Source: an uncultured Gemmatimonadaceae bacterium (lineage in GTDB: Bacteria; Gemmatimonadota; Gemmatimonadetes; Gemmatimonadales; Gemmatimonadaceae). From it: a DNA stretch of 64,000 nucleotides. How positions within the stretch are numbered: position 1 is the first letter of the stretch; the number at the start of each line of letters is the position of its first letter. Shown here in pieces: positions 1 to 13,980 of the stretch. A program made the translations under genes and the position numbers. The notes under the pieces were generated by a model. That model searched no databases. It was given only the letters and a program-made list of their open reading frames with translations, and was not told the DNA's origin. The stretch is taken from the NCBI GenBank assembly GCA_963716745.1, contig OY970320.1:736001-800000 (forward strand), in the 5' to 3' direction.

Positions 1-304
1 GCGCAACCGGCTCAAGATCGAATCGCTCGCGAAGAATGCGCGCGCCTTCCTGGCATTGCAGGAGGAATTCGGATCGTACGACGCGTACGTGTGGCCCTTC
101 GTTGGCGGGAAGCCACTCGTGAGCCGGCGGCGCGGCATGGGCGACGTGCCCGCGAAGACGCCCGAGTCCGATGCGCTGAGCAAGGACCTTAAGCGGCGAG
201 GCTTCACTTTCGTCGGTACCACGATCATCTATGCATACATGCAGGCTACGGGATTGGTGAACGACCATCTCGTATCATGCTTCCGGTTCAAGGAGGCCAA
301 ATGA
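1..304 (+). CDS. tag: DNA-3-methyladenine glycosylase I (5' truncated by window)
   Basis: RNRLKI...SDALSKDLKRRGFTFVGTTIIYAYMQATGLVNDHLVSC, the typical Tag C-terminus. Confidence 0.93.
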   Translation, partial: RNRLKIESLAKNARAFLALQEEFGSYDAYVWPFVGGKPLVSRRRGMGDVPAKTPESDALSKDLKRRGFTFVGTTIIYAYMQATGLVNDHLVSCFRFKEAK

Positions 305-534
305 CGGACGACAATCGGCCCAAGCGGTTCCAGAGTTACGAGACTGACGAGATCACGGTCACCTTCGACCCCAACATCTGCCGGCACACGGGCGTTTGCG
401 TGCGCACGCTGCACTCCGTATTCAATGTGAGTCAGAAACGCTGGGTGCGACTCGAGAACGCGAGCGCCGCCGACGTCGCGGCCGCCGTCGCGAAATGCCC
501 GTCCGGGGCGCTACAATTCAAGATGAAGCAGTAG
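301..534 (+). CDS. Divergent 4Fe-4S mono-cluster protein (YjdI/Fer4_19-like)
   Basis: ICRHTGVCVR...VF...W...KCPSGAL; ATGA overlap with tag stop. Confidence 0.8.
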   Translation: MTDDNRPKRFQSYETDEITVTFDPNICRHTGVCVRTLHSVFNVSQKRWVRLENASAADVAAAVAKCPSGALQFKMKQ

Positions 535-555
535 CCACGAGCGACGGGAGCGATC

Positions 556-1071
556 ATGGCATCGAACATGGTGAAGGGATTGTCGATCGGCGTTCTCGCC
601 GGCGTGCTGGCGATCGGGGCCGTGGCGGCGATGCGCCGCCCGCATGCAGCGCCCGCGAGCGAGGCGACCGCGACGATGACGCTGGCCGCCGCTGCGACGC
701 ACGACACGGTGCAGGTCGTGAAGACCGCCTCCTGCGGCTGCTGCCGCGAATGGGTGGACTACATGAAGCAGCAGGGCTTCGTGGTCGTCGCGCGCGACGT
801 GTCGCCCGAAGACCTGGAAATGACGAAGACGGCGGCCGGCGTGCCGAGTGAGCTCGCCTCGTGCCACACCGCGCACGTGGGCGGTTACGTGATCGAAGGA
901 CACGTGCCCGCGGAAGACATTCGGAAATTGCTCGCCACGCGACCGGCGATCGCGGGCCTCGCGGTGCCGGGCATGGTGTCGGGCTCGCCCGGAATGGGCA
1001 ACGGACCGGCGACGTTCAGCGTCGTGGCGTTCGACGCGAAGGGCAAGACGTCGGTCTTCTCGCAGCACTAG
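556..1071 (+). CDS. DUF411 family exported metal-binding protein
   Basis: Signal peptide, SCGCC, SCHTA, IEGHVPA, GLAVPGM..GSPGM. Confidence 0.88.
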   Translation: MASNMVKGLSIGVLAGVLAIGAVAAMRRPHAAPASEATATMTLAAAATHDTVQVVKTASCGCCREWVDYMKQQGFVVVARDVSPEDLEMTKTAAGVPSELASCHTAHVGGYVIEGHVPAEDIRKLLATRPAIAGLAVPGMVSGSPGMGNGPATFSVVAFDAKGKTSVFSQH

Positions 1072-1074
1072 GCC

Positions 1075-1419
1075 ATGAGCGACGAGATCCAGCCCTTCAC
1101 GCCAGCGGGCGACACCCCGCCGAACTTCCATGTGCGCAGTGTGGTGATCCAACCGCGTACCGCGCTCGGCAAGTTCGCCTTCGCCGCCGTGCTCGTCGGC
1201 GCCGGCGTGCTCTTCCTCACGGTGGGGCTGGCACTCGCGCTTTCCCTCGCGGCGGTCGCGGTCGTGACCGGCGTCGCGGTGGTCGGTTATCGCGCGATCA
1301 CGGGATCGCGAGAGCGCGCCACTCGCGCCGCCGCGCGCTGGCGGCGTGCGCCTCGATCCGTCCAAGGAGATCTTCCTGCCCAAGCCGGAAGATCGCGCGT
1401 AGACACTACTGCGCGTTGA
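1075..1419 (+). CDS. Hypothetical membrane protein (3' end uncertain)
   Basis: Two hydrophobic segments; starts right after DUF411 gene. Confidence 0.55.
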   Translation: MSDEIQPFTPAGDTPPNFHVRSVVIQPRTALGKFAFAAVLVGAGVLFLTVGLALALSLAAVAVVTGVAVVGYRAITGSRERATRAAARWRRAPRSVQGDLPAQAGRSRVDTTAR

Positions 1420-3964
1420 ACTCCACCGCCTCCTCCAGGCGCTTCACGTACTCGGCGCGCGCGTTCCGGATCGTCGCCATCACCGCGGCTTTCTCCGCCG
1501 GCGAATTGTAATCCGTGTTCGCGTCGGCGTCGGCGAGCAGCCGCGAGAGCCACGCCATGAAGAATTGCGTGTCGCGCGCCGAGCGCTGCGGCCGTCCGCC
1601 CACCGTGATGTAGACGGGGCTCGTGGTGGCGAACGGATAGATGTCCAGGATCGGCGCCTGCGAGTGCGCGCTCCACGCGCGCAGCGTGACCCATGAGCTG
1701 TTGTTCACCGTGAGCGTGCGCGTGCCCTGAGCGGACTTGTGATCGGCGCTCAGCGGCAGCGAATCCACGACGGTCCCATTCACCACGATCTCTACCTTGT
1801 CCACCGCCACTATGCTGCGCATGCGGCCGCGGATCGTGAGCTTGGACATCCCATTCGGGAGCGCGATCTCGCTGCCGATCTCGCGGCCGTTCACAGTGAG
1901 TTCGAGCAGCGGTCCGTTCGTCGCGAACGGTCTTCCCCGCCTTGAGCGCGGCGAGGAATGTCGGGATGCGTGAGCGGGACGCCCGCCTTCACGTACACGC
2001 GATTGAGTCCCACCGGCCCGCGCAGCGACGCGTAGTTCGTCATCGCATCCGTGCCGGCGCCCGCCGGGATCCGGAATCCGCAGTTCAGAAGCTTGTACCA
2101 CACGGCGGCCGTGTTGCGGTGATCGCTGAAGCCGAGGATCTCCATGTAGTCCACGAGACCGAGCGCGACGTCCACCGGGAGCTCGCTGTGCAGCGGCGCG
2201 GCTGGTGTCCGCTGGATCCACCGGATCATCGAACGGGTGCACGTAGCCCGTGACGCCGTGCTGCGCCCTCGCGAGCCGCATCACATCGGCGTTCATCGGC
2301 ACGAGGCTCGCGGCCGCGGTGCCTTGATAGCCCGCGTAGCCCGGCAACTGGATGTGATCCGTGATCGCGAGCAATCCGGAGTGGCCCCAGTAGCTCGTGT
2401 GATACTCCTGTCCGCTCACGATGAGATTCGACGCGGTGCTCGCGACGTCGGGCTTGCCCGTGAACCACGCGATGTCGGGGAAACGCTGCCTCCTTGTTCA
2501 CGATCAAATTCTCGATCACGTGCACATCCTCGGCGCGCGCCTGCATCGCGAGTTCCTTGGGCGTGACCACGTAGTGGCCGCCGTAATTCATGTGCACGTG
2601 CAGGTCGGCGGAGTACCAGCCGAGCGCTGGCAGATTCGCGAGGCGGTTCATCGTGATGACGGGCGTCTTGCTGCAGCATTCCCGGCCCGATCGCCGATAC
2701 GACGCGGGTGACCGGCTGGTACTCGAGCCCCTTCGTGACGTTCACCGTCACATCACCTATCGGCACCTCGAGCGAGAACTGCCCGCGCACGTGGAAGTAG
2801 CCGACCTCGAACGCGCGTTCCTTGCGGTCGAACGAATCATCGGCGTGGCGCAGCACGTTGCGCGGCGTCCAGGAGCGGCCGTCGGCGCGTGGTGACCGAA
2901 ACTCGCGCGTCGATGGGCGAGCCATCGGCGGCACGAAGCAGCACCGTCGACGCTCGCCCATCTTCTCGCGATACGCGAGCGAATCCTGCTTCACGCGCGT
3001 GCGCTGGCCGCCGGGCAGCGCCACGGTCCATAGCGAAGTGTTCCCGCCCTCGTTCGAGATGTACGCGATCGCGCTGCCGTCGGGCGCCCAGCGCGGGTTC
3101 GTCGCGTCGTAGTCGCCGTACGTGAGCTCGAACGGATGTCCGCCCTCGCCGGTGGTGAGCCAGAGACCATTCCGCTGCCGGCCCACGTACGAGCTGTACA
3201 CTACGCGCTTGCCGTCGCGCGCCCAGTCGGGACGTGCGCGCCACGACGTTTCCTCGTCATGGATCTCGCGCATCGAATCCGGGTGCGCGATGGAGATCCG
3301 CCACAACGTGCCGGCGCCCCAGATGTGCCCACGGTTCGACACGATGATGAGATCGTTGCCGTCGGCGCTCCACGTGGGCGAGAGATACTGGTCGTACACC
3401 GAGTAGTAGTAGCGCGGCAGATGGCTGTCGTGCTGCGGCGTGATGCGCTTCACGAGTCCGGTCGTGAGGTCCGCGATGGCCACATTGAAGCGGCCTTCGA
3501 ATTGCGTCGTGACGAACGCGATGCGCGTGCCGTCGGGGCTCCATCGCGGCTCGACGTTCACCGCGCCGCCGAGCGTGAGTGGCGTCGTCACACCTGTCGC
3601 GAGATCGAGCACCTGCAGTTCCAGCGCATCGTTCTCATAGCGCACGAACGCGACCTGCTTGCCGTCCGGGCTCCAATCGGGCTGATGATCGTAGCCATGT
3701 CCCCACGTGATCTGGTGCGCGATCGTCGTGCCAATCGTTTGGCGCCACAGCGACCCATTCATCGCGAAGATCACTTCCTTCCCGTCGGGACTCCACGTCA
3801 CGCTGCTCGGCCCGGTGGTCACCTGCGGCAAATACATCTCGTGGTAATAGTACGGGTGCGGCTCGTTGATCTGCTTGAGCACGCCTTCGCGCTGCTGCGC
3901 CGCGAGCGCGCAGGGCGGCGACCACGAAGGCGCACACCGCGATCCAGATCCTGCTTCGATTCAT
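1406..3964 (-). CDS. Secreted TolB/PD40 beta-propeller + CehA/McbA-like PHP metallohydrolase (several frameshifts)
   Basis: Repeated P.WSPDG motifs; WYSADLHVH, VHPF, GAGTDA motifs spread over ORFs 2416..3882, 2226..2651, 1891..2229, 1406..2419. Confidence 0.8.
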
Positions 3965-4722
3965 TTGCCGGCACCCAGCAAGAGGAGTCCCACGTCGTAC
4001 AACGCATGCGTCCACGCGACGATCCCGAAACCGCGCGTCACGTAGATAATGCTGAATAGCAGATCCGCTGATCGCGCGGAACAGGAACGATGGCAGCGAC
4101 AGCTTGTCGCCGAACGGTCCAATGTAGTGGAATGCGGAGAAGATCACCGCCGACAAACCACGGCGAATCCCGCGCTGAATCGCGGGCCCATGCCGAACAC
4201 GTGGCGCCCGAGCGCCATGAGCGCGGTCACCAGCACCACCCGGAAGAGCAACTCCTCGAACACACCCGCGCCGAGCGACACCATGAATTGCGTCGGCGCA
4301 TCGAGCTGCCCACCGACGCCGCCGCCAACGAGCATCATGTGCAGCACGCCGAGCACGCGCTGCGTGAGCAGCGACGCCGTCACTGCGAACACCGCCGCGA
4401 GCAATAGAGACTCCAGCAGCATGAGCACGTACACGGAGCCACGATCGGGCGCGCCGTTCGCGTGCATGTCGCGCGAGACGAGCCACGCGCAGATGCCGAT
4501 CATGATCACGCCGAAGATCGCCGGTCCATAGCGACCGGCCACGGCGTCGAACGCGCCCACCATGATCACCTCGGCGCCGTTGCGCACTCCATGCGTCTCG
4601 GACGGCGGCAGCGCCACCGACAGCGCTTCATACGCCAGGAGCAACGGCATCGCGAAGAGGATCGAGTAGCGCGGGCTGCGGCTCGCGCGCCAGTAGTTCT
4701 GCGTGCCGGCGGACGCGGCCAT
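3961..4722 (-). CDS. CPBP/CAAX family intramembrane metalloprotease (frameshifted)
   Basis: GVFEELLFR, FSAFHY, HALYD motifs; multiple TM segments. Confidence 0.85.
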
Positions 4723-5498
4723 CAGGTGGCTCCTCCCTTGAGGTATCGCTTCTGCGGATCCAGCACGTTTCGCAACAACTCGAGTTCCCGCGCGGTCGGC
4801 GCGCCCACCGGCGCGAGTATATCGCGCACCACGAGCGGCCAGCCGATCAGCGGCACGCATGTCGTTAGCCGACACGCCGGGATAGAGCGCGGCGAGTTCC
4901 ATCTCGCCGGTATCGGCGTTCGCTTCGAGGATGCCGAGGTCGGTGATGATCTTCACGGGGCCGGCGCCGGGCATCCCGAGCTCGCGGCGCGAGCGGCCGC
5001 GCATGCGCTGGCCGGGACTCGTGATGAAATCCACATCCGCCGGGAAACGCGCGCTTGGACGCGCGCGCGATCACGAGCGTCCGTCGCGCGTGTACGGCGA
5101 TCTCCGCGGCGCCGCCGCTGCCCGGCAGCCGCACTTTGGGCTTCGCGTAGTCGCCGACCACCGTCGTGTTGATGTTGCCGTAGCGGTCCACCTGTGCGCC
5201 GCCCAGGAAGCCCGCCTCGATGCGGCCGTTCTGCAGGAAGAACTGGAAGATGTCCGCCATGCCGCACACCATGAGCGCGCCGGTGACGAGCGCGGGATCG
5301 CCGATGGACATCGGGAGCCGCTCCGGCTCGGCGCCCACCGCGCCCGACTCGTAGATGAGCACGAGCGACGGCGCGTGCGTGGCGCGCGCGAGATTGCAGG
5401 CGAGGTTCGGCAGTCCGATCCCCACGAACACCACTTCGCCGTCGCGCAGCTCGCGCGCGGCGACGGCGGTCATCATCTCCTCCGCGGAGTACGCGCGC

Positions 5499-5509
<11 letters not shown>
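4722..5509 (-). CDS. Acyl CoA-transferase beta subunit (glutaconate/3-oxoadipate type; frameshifted)
   Basis: VFVGIGLP, IYESG, LGGAQVDRYGNIN, RLPGSGGA. Confidence 0.88.
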
Positions 5510-7723
<2,214 letters not shown>

Positions 7724-7739
7724 GACCGCACTGGAAAGA

Positions 7740-7771
7740 GGGAAGCGGGAAGCGGGAAGCGGGAAGCGGAA
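7740..7771. repeat. Heptamer tandem repeat (GGGAAGC)x4
   Basis: Directly visible, intergenic. Confidence 0.85.
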
Positions 7772-7772
7772 C

Positions 7773-9352
7773 TCACTCCTGCACCACCGTGCTGCTCTGC
7801 TCGCGCATGAATTGCGCGACGTAGTACGGGCCGCAGCCGCCCTTGCCGGTGCTGCCGCTGCCCTTCCAGCCGGTGAACGGTTGCGCGCCGGGCCACGCGC
7901 CGGTCGTAGCACCGGTGCGCTTGTTCGCGTAGCACACGCCGGCCTCGATCTCGTCGAAGAAGCGCTCCACTTCGGCGGGTTCATTCGAGAAGATGCCGGC
8001 GGTGAGTCCGTAATCCGCCTTGTTGGCCTCGGCGAGCGCCGCGTCGAGCGAGGACACCGTCGCGACCGCCAGGAACGGCACGAACAATTCTTCGCGAAAG
8101 AGCGTGCTGTCGAGCGGGAGCGTGGCGATCGTCGGCGCGACGTAGAATCCGCGCGCGAGCGCGCCATCGCGTGAGACGCCGGCCGCCACAGAGCACCGCG
8201 CCTTCCGTTCGCGCCTGCGCCACAGCGCGTTCGTACCGCTCCACCGCCTTCGCATTGATCACGGGACCGAGATACACATCGCGCGCCGATGGATCGCCGA
8301 TCACCAGCGCCGCGGTCTTCGCGAGCAGCAGTTCGGTGAACGGCGCGGCCACGGACTCGTGCACGTAGGCGCGCGAGGTCGCGCTGCATTTCTGATTCTG
8401 CAGACCGAACGCGGAGCGCACCACGCCCTCGGCCGCGGCATCGAGATCCGCGCTCGGCATGACGATCGCCGCGTTCTTGCCTCCCATCTCGAGCAGGCAC
8501 GGCTTCGGATGCTTCGCGCTGAATTCGTGATAGATGCGCATCCCCACCGCCTTCGATCCGGTGAACACCACGCCGTCCACTCCGGGATGCCGCCAGAGCG
8601 CGTCACCCATGATCGAGCCGCGGCCGTGCACGCAGATTGAACACGCCGGCCGGAAGCCCGGCGTCGCGATAGATCTCGTACAGTTTCTGCCCGGTCCACG
8701 GCGTGTCCTCGGCCGGCTTGTAGATCACCGTATTGCCGGCCACGAGCGCCGCGCTCGACATGCCGGCAGAGAGCGCGAGCGGGAAATTGAAGGGCGCGAT
8801 GCACACGAACACCCCGTACGCGCGCAGCACGTCGGTGTTCGTCTCGACCGGCGTCATCTTCGCCATGTCGCGCCGGAAACCCGCCGCCTCCTCCATGAGG
8901 CCGCAGTAGTAGTCAATGAGGTCGGCGCTCTCCTCCGCGTCGCCCATCGATTCGAGACGGCTCTTCCCCACCTCGAGCGCCATGATGGCGGCCAACTCGA
9001 ATTTCCGCTCGCGAATGAGCGCGGCCGCGCGGCGGAGCTGTACCACGCGCGCGCTCCAGCCAATGCGCTCCCACGCGCGTTGCGCGGCGCGCGCCGCGGC
9101 CACAGCGAGGTCCACTTCAGCGGCGCGCGCGGTGTCGAACGTGCCGAGCACGAGTGAGCTGTCGATCGGGCTCGTATCGGTGAGGCGCTCGGCATTGCTG
9201 GATACGGCGCGACCGCCGATGTACATGGGGTAGTGCTTGCCCGCCATCCCGCGAACGCGCGTCACCGCAGCGTCGAACGCCTGGTGGAACGCATCGAGGT
9301 CCACGTTGGTGGACGTGTACGTGATCTTCTGCGGCTGCGTCGCGGCGGTCAT
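7773..9352 (-). CDS. Aldehyde dehydrogenase (P5C-dehydrogenase-like; frameshifted)
   Basis: IAPFNFP, FTGS, LEMGGKN, QKCSA, EELFVP, QPFTGWKGSG. Confidence 0.9.
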
Positions 9353-10737
9353 GCTGACTTCGCGGTGCGGGTGCGCGCGAGCGTGGCGTCCAGCGCGGTC
9401 TCGAAGCGCGTGACGATCTCGCGGATCTCCTCCGCGGTGATCACGAAGGGAGGCGCGAGCATCACGAGGTCGCCGCGCTCGCCGTCGGCGTGGCCGACGT
9501 TCGGCCACACGACGAGACCCGCGTCGAGCGCGCAATCGACGAACGTCTCCGCGAACTTCGCGGCGCGCGGGAATGGCTCGCGCGTCTCGGCGTCGAGCAC
9601 GAACTCCACGCCGGCCAACAACCCGCGTCCGCGCACATCGCCCACGTGCGGCAGCGCCAGCAGCGACTGCAATTCATTGTGGAGTACGGGCCCCATCGCC
9701 GCGCAGCGTTCCACGAGGCGATGCTCGCGCAAATGGCGGATCGTCGCGACGCCCGCGGCGCACATCACCGGATGATGCGAGAACGTCTGCGCATGCATCA
9801 GGCCGCCGGAGCCGCGCGCGAGCACATCCAGGATGCGTTCGGGTGCGACCACCGCCGAGAGCGGCGCGTAACCGCCGGAGATCCCCTTGCCGAGCGTCAT
9901 GATGTCGGGCACCACGCCGTACTGCTGCATCGCGCTCCACGTGCCCGTGCGTCCGGCGCCCGTGAGCACCTCGTCGGCGATGAAGAGCACTTGGTGCCGA
10001 TCGCAGATCTCACGGATCGTCCGGAAATAATCGGGGCGCGGCGTCACCGCGCCGGTGGACGACCCACCGATCGGCTCGGCGATGAACGCCGCGATGCTAT
10101 TCGCACCCTCGCGCACGATCGCTTCCTCCAGCGCCGTGCCGCTGCAGATGGGGCACGCGGGGTCGAGCCCCCCGCATTCGCAGCGGTAGCTGTACGGCGC
10201 CGGCACGCGCGTCACGTTCACCAGCCACGGCTGGAAGAACGTGCGGTAGTGTTCGCGCGCCGACGCCGCGAGCGCGAGCATCGTGTTGCCATGGTAGCCG
10301 GGCGACAGGCTGAGGATCTTCTGCTTCGCGGGCATCCCGCGCTCCACCCAGTATTGTCGCGCGAGCTTGAGCGCGGCCTCCACGGCTTCCGATCCGCTGC
10401 AGAGGAAGAACACCTTGTCGAGATCGCCCGGTGAGAGCGCGGCGATCTCGGCGGCCAGCTCCTCCGCCGGTTCGTTCGTGAAGTGCACGCCGTTCACGTA
10501 GGCGACCTTGCGCGCCTGGGCGGAAAGCGCGTCCGCGATGGAGTGAACGCCGTGCCCGACGTTCGCGACGAAGGCGCCGCCGGAGGCATCGAGATACTTC
10601 TTGCCCGCATCGTCATGCAGCCAGCAGCCCTCGCCGCCCACGATGCGCGGATATGCGCGCGTCAGCTTGCGGTAGAAGACGGCAGTGTCGGGATACCGGA
10701 ACTGAATGGCGGGCTCGCGCGAAGAGGGTCGCCTCAA
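9349..10737 (-). CDS. Class III PLP aminotransferase (start uncertain)
   Basis: YLDASGG, SGSEAVE, YHGNT, DEVLTGAGRTG, LGKGISGGY. Confidence 0.9.
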   Translation of the reverse strand: MRRPSSREPAIQFRYPDTAVFYRKLTRAYPRIVGGEGCWLHDDAGKKYLDASGGAFVANVGHGVHSIADALSAQARKVAYVNGVHFTNEPAEELAAEIAALSPGDLDKVFFLCSGSEAVEAALKLARQYWVERGMPAKQKILSLSPGYHGNTMLALAASAREHYRTFFQPWLVNVTRVPAPYSYRCECGGLDPACPICSGTALEEAIVREGANSIAAFIAEPIGGSSTGAVTPRPDYFRTIREICDRHQVLFIADEVLTGAGRTGTWSAMQQYGVVPDIMTLGKGISGGYAPLSAVVAPERILDVLARGSGGLMHAQTFSHHPVMCAAGVATIRHLREHRLVERCAAMGPVLHNELQSLLALPHVGDVRGRGLLAGVEFVLDAETREPFPRAAKFAETFVDCALDAGLVVWPNVGHADGERGDLVMLAPPFVITAEEIREIVTRFETALDATLARTRTAKSA

Positions 10738-10804
10738 GATACGGGCGCGGGCATGGGGTTTCCAGCGAACACAGGGGCGCGCATGGCGTCATGGTATGGC
10801 ATAG

Positions 10805-10834
10805 TTGACAAAACAATATTTCTTGATATATCGT
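10805..10834 (+). promoter_or_regulatory. sigma70 promoter with overlapping ArsR-type operator
   Basis: TTGACA 10805-10810, TATCGT 10829-10834; imperfect palindrome AACAA-N6-TTGAT 10812-10827. Confidence 0.6.
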
Positions 10835-10839
10835 TCGGC

Positions 10840-11163
10840 ATGAGTTCGACGCTCACCGCCGATCGCGCGCGCATGGCGCGGCTGTTCCACGCACTCTCCG
10901 ACGAGACGCGCCTCGAGATCATCGAGCTGCTCCGCGGCGGCGAGCGGTGCGTCTGCGAGCTTACTGATGCCCTCGATGCGGCGCAGTCCCGGCTCTCCTT
11001 CCACCTCAAGGTGCTCAAGGAGGCCGGGCTCGTGCACGATCGCGCGCAGGGTCGTTGGACCTACTACACGCTCTGTACCGAGACTCTCGGCGAGGCCGAC
11101 GACGCCGTGGATGCATTGCGTCCCCGGCGCAGCGGCCGCGCCCTACCCGTGAGGTGTTGCTGA
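10840..11163 (+). CDS. arsR: ArsR/SmtB transcriptional repressor
   Basis: FHALSDETRL, ERCVCEL, QSRLSFHLKVL, C-terminal CC. Confidence 0.9.
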   Translation: MSSTLTADRARMARLFHALSDETRLEIIELLRGGERCVCELTDALDAAQSRLSFHLKVLKEAGLVHDRAQGRWTYYTLCTETLGEADDAVDALRPRRSGRALPVRCC

Positions 11164-11987
11164 TGAGTGTGACCAACGAGGACATCAAGGCGACGGTGAA
11201 GCAGAAATACGGCGAAGCGGCGCTCCGCGCCCAGCAGGGTGACACATCGTCCTGTTGCGGCGGATCGTGCGGCTGTGGGACGGCCGATCCGATCACGTCG
11301 AACCTCTATTCACGCGGCGAAACTGACCAGTTGCCCGAAGGCGCCGTGCTCGCCTCGCTCGGCTGTGGGAATCCCACCGCCCTCGCCGAGCTGCACGCCG
11401 GCGAGACCGTCCTGGATCTCGGTTCGGGCGGCGGCATCGACGTGCTCCTCTCCGCGCGGCGCGTGGGCCCCACCGGCAAGGCGTACGGCCTCGACATGAC
11501 CGACGAGATGCTGGCACTCGCGCGCGAAAATCAGCGTGCCGCCGGCGTGACGAACGCCGAATTCCTCCGCGGCGAGATCGAGCATATCCCGCTGGCGAAC
11601 GATTCGGTGGATGTCATCGTGTCGAACTGCGTGATCAATCTCTCAGCCGACAAGAAGCAGGTGCTCGCGGAGGCCTTCCGGGTGCTCAAGCCGGGCGGAC
11701 GCTTCGCAGTATCGGACGTCGTCGTGCACGGCGAACTGCCGCCGGAGGTGCGCCGGAACATGGAATTGTGGGTCGGCTGCGTCGCGGGTGCGCTCGCTGA
11801 CACGGAATTCCTTTCCCTGCTCGGATCTGCCGGATTCGTCGATGCGAGCATCGAACCGACTCGCGTCTACTCGTTCGACGACGCGAAGGCGTTCCTCGGC
11901 GAGGCGGGCCTCGATGCGACGGAGATCGCACGCGATGTGGAGGGCCGCGTGATGGGCGCGTTCATCCGCGCGCGAAAGCCGGCATAG
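11163..11987 (+). CDS. arsM: Arsenite S-adenosylmethionine methyltransferase
   Basis: [35 protein letters not shown]. Confidence 0.93.
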   Translation: MSVTNEDIKATVKQKYGEAALRAQQGDTSSCCGGSCGCGTADPITSNLYSRGETDQLPEGAVLASLGCGNPTALAELHAGETVLDLGSGGGIDVLLSARRVGPTGKAYGLDMTDEMLALARENQRAAGVTNAEFLRGEIEHIPLANDSVDVIVSNCVINLSADKKQVLAEAFRVLKPGGRFAVSDVVVHGELPPEVRRNMELWVGCVAGALADTEFLSLLGSAGFVDASIEPTRVYSFDDAKAFLGEAGLDATEIARDVEGRVMGAFIRARKPA

Positions 11988-11989
11988 CC

Positions 11990-12497
11990 ATGGGCGCTCC
12001 CGGGATCGGCGCGCCGCCGCGGCCCTTCCGCCTACTCTTCCTCTGCACGGGGAATTCCGCGCGCAGTCAGATGGCGGAGGCCATGCTCAACGTCAAGGCC
12101 AAGGGACGATTCCTCGCGGAGAGCGCCGGGCTCGGCGCCGGCGGCGCGGGTGAATCCGCTCGCGATCGCCGCGCTGAAGCGTGCCGGCATCGAATGGCAC
12201 GGCCATCCTCCGCGCAGTGTGGATGGTCTCGAGAATGAACCGTGGGATTTCGTGATCACCGTTTGCGACAACGCGCGCGAGGCGTGCCCCATCTTCCCGG
12301 GGCAGCCCATTCTCGCGCACTGGGGGATGGAGGATCCAGCCGAGGTGCAGGGCTCGGATGACGACAAGGCGCGCGCCTTCGAGCACGCGCGCCTCATGAT
12401 CAACCGCCGGATCGATCTGCTGCTCGCGCTGCCGGCGGAGAAACTCGAGCGAATCGCGCTCGCATCCCGCGTACGCGCGATCGGTTCGGAGCCGTAG
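11990..12497 (+). CDS. arsC: Arsenate reductase, LMW-PTP fold (frameshift near 12130)
   Basis: LCTGNSARSQMAE, VITVCDNAREACP, HWGMEDP. Confidence 0.88.
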
Positions 12498-12502
12498 CCG
12501 GA

Positions 12503-12739
12503 CTATTCGCCGAAGGGTCGCTGGCCCCCGGGATTCGAGCGGCGCTGCTTGAGCACGACGAGTTGCCAGCCGTCCTGCCAGCGGTCGAACGGGAAATACT
12601 CACCATTCGGTCCCGCGAGTCCACGCCGGTCATCGCGCAATACTCCCCGCGCGATGTGCTTCTTGTTCGCGTCCGTGATCAGAAGATCGGTCCCGGGCTC
12701 GAGCTGTCGCAACTCCCATTCGGGGAACTTGTCGGTCAT
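12503..12739 (-). CDS. Hypothetical 78-aa protein downstream of a riboswitch
   Basis: Clean ORF with GGGAGG RBS upstream. Confidence 0.7.
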   Translation of the reverse strand: MTDKFPEWELRQLEPGTDLLITDANKKHIARGVLRDDRRGLAGPNGEYFPFDRWQDGWQLVVLKQRRSNPGGQRPFGE

Positions 12740-12769
12740 GGACGTTTTCCTCCCTCAAGCAAGATGGTC

Positions 12770-12862
12770 CGTTCGGCAGCCCGGCCGGCATGGCGCTCTT
12801 TCGAGCACCGAAGCCCCGTGGGCTTTGCGTCCCTGCCTTTCGACAGGTTTGCCATTTCGCGG
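12770..12862 (-). ncRNA. Cyclic di-GMP-I (GEMM-I) riboswitch
   Basis: Minus strand reads AAAUGGCAAACCUGUCGAAAGGCAGGGACGCAAAGCCCACGGGGCU...AUGCCGGCCGGGCUGCCGAA: GGCAAACC, GAAA tetraloop, GGGACGCAAAGCC and terminal GCCGA hallmarks. Confidence 0.88.
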
Positions 12863-13098
12863 CCCTCGCATGAGGACGCACTTGAGACAATGACGCATTA
12901 ATTCCCGCTAAGTAACCGTGAGCGGCGCACGGCGGACTGTCGGCTGTGGGCTGTCGCGTGCGATGGATCGACTCACCGTACCACTTGCTCAGAGAACGGC
13001 ATCTCTTCGGGGTCCGAGCACCGCAACCTGCGACGCGCTTCAATCGTCGTTCCTGTGGACGAGTGTCACTCGGTACAGCCCGCCCTCCACAAGACGAG

Positions 13099-13972
13099 AT
13101 GCGCAAAGCGATCGCCGCGTTCGAACAGGAATTCTCGCAGTGGGGGCTCTCGCTCCCGGCGCAGGATATCGTCGATCGCCAAGCCGGCCACATGGAGCGG
13201 CATGGCTGGAGCGTCGACTATTCCTTCGGGACGGACGCGTTCGGCGAGTTCCTCGAGTACCATGCGCGGCGCGCGGTCGCGAACGAGCCGGTGGTGGAGC
13301 GTCACGCGCGTGTCTATCACAACGGTGAGCGGAATTTCGTGCCGGCGCCGCCGGCCGCCGAGTCGGCCGAGCCGGTCTTTATCCAGCCCGATCCGAACGT
13401 GACGGCTCCGACGCCGGGTTCCGCTCGCCGGCCCACGCTTCCCCCCTGGAAAGCGATGGTGGAGGAGGCCTCGGACGATCACCGCCGCCCGATGACGCCC
13501 GCGCCGCAGCGCGCCGCTTCACGCACGGGCTCCCGCAGCGCCGGCGCGCGTTTCGTGCGCGCACCGAGCGATCCCGATATCCAACCGCATTCATACAGCC
13601 GCGACCGCCGGCCAGCCGCCACCGCTTTCGCGATCGGCATGGGCGCAGCCATTCGTCGTGGCGCTCGGCCTGGCGCTCACCGTGCGCACGATCAAGAACC
13701 GGCGCACGCTCAGCGCCGCGAGCTCGCTGCCGGACAGTCTCGTGCTCGATCCGATCATCGTCTACGCGCCGGAAGTGCTCGGCTTCGCGGTCGACAGTGC
13801 TGCCAGCCGCTTCACGCAACCAATGGTGAGCACGCAGAGCGCCGACCCGAATCGCGCCGAGATCGTGCGGCCGGAGCACGGCATGACCCCGATCATTCCG
13901 AGCGATCCGGGCGTGAAGAAACATCCTGCGCCGGCGGCGACGAGTCGTGGCGGGAAATTTCACGTACCATAA
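13099..13972 (+). CDS. Hypothetical protein with Pro-rich linker and TM segment (frameshift near 13650)
   Basis: Joined from ORFs 12946..14193 and 13658..13972; followed by terminator. Confidence 0.55.
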
Positions 13973-13980
13973 CGGCGAAC

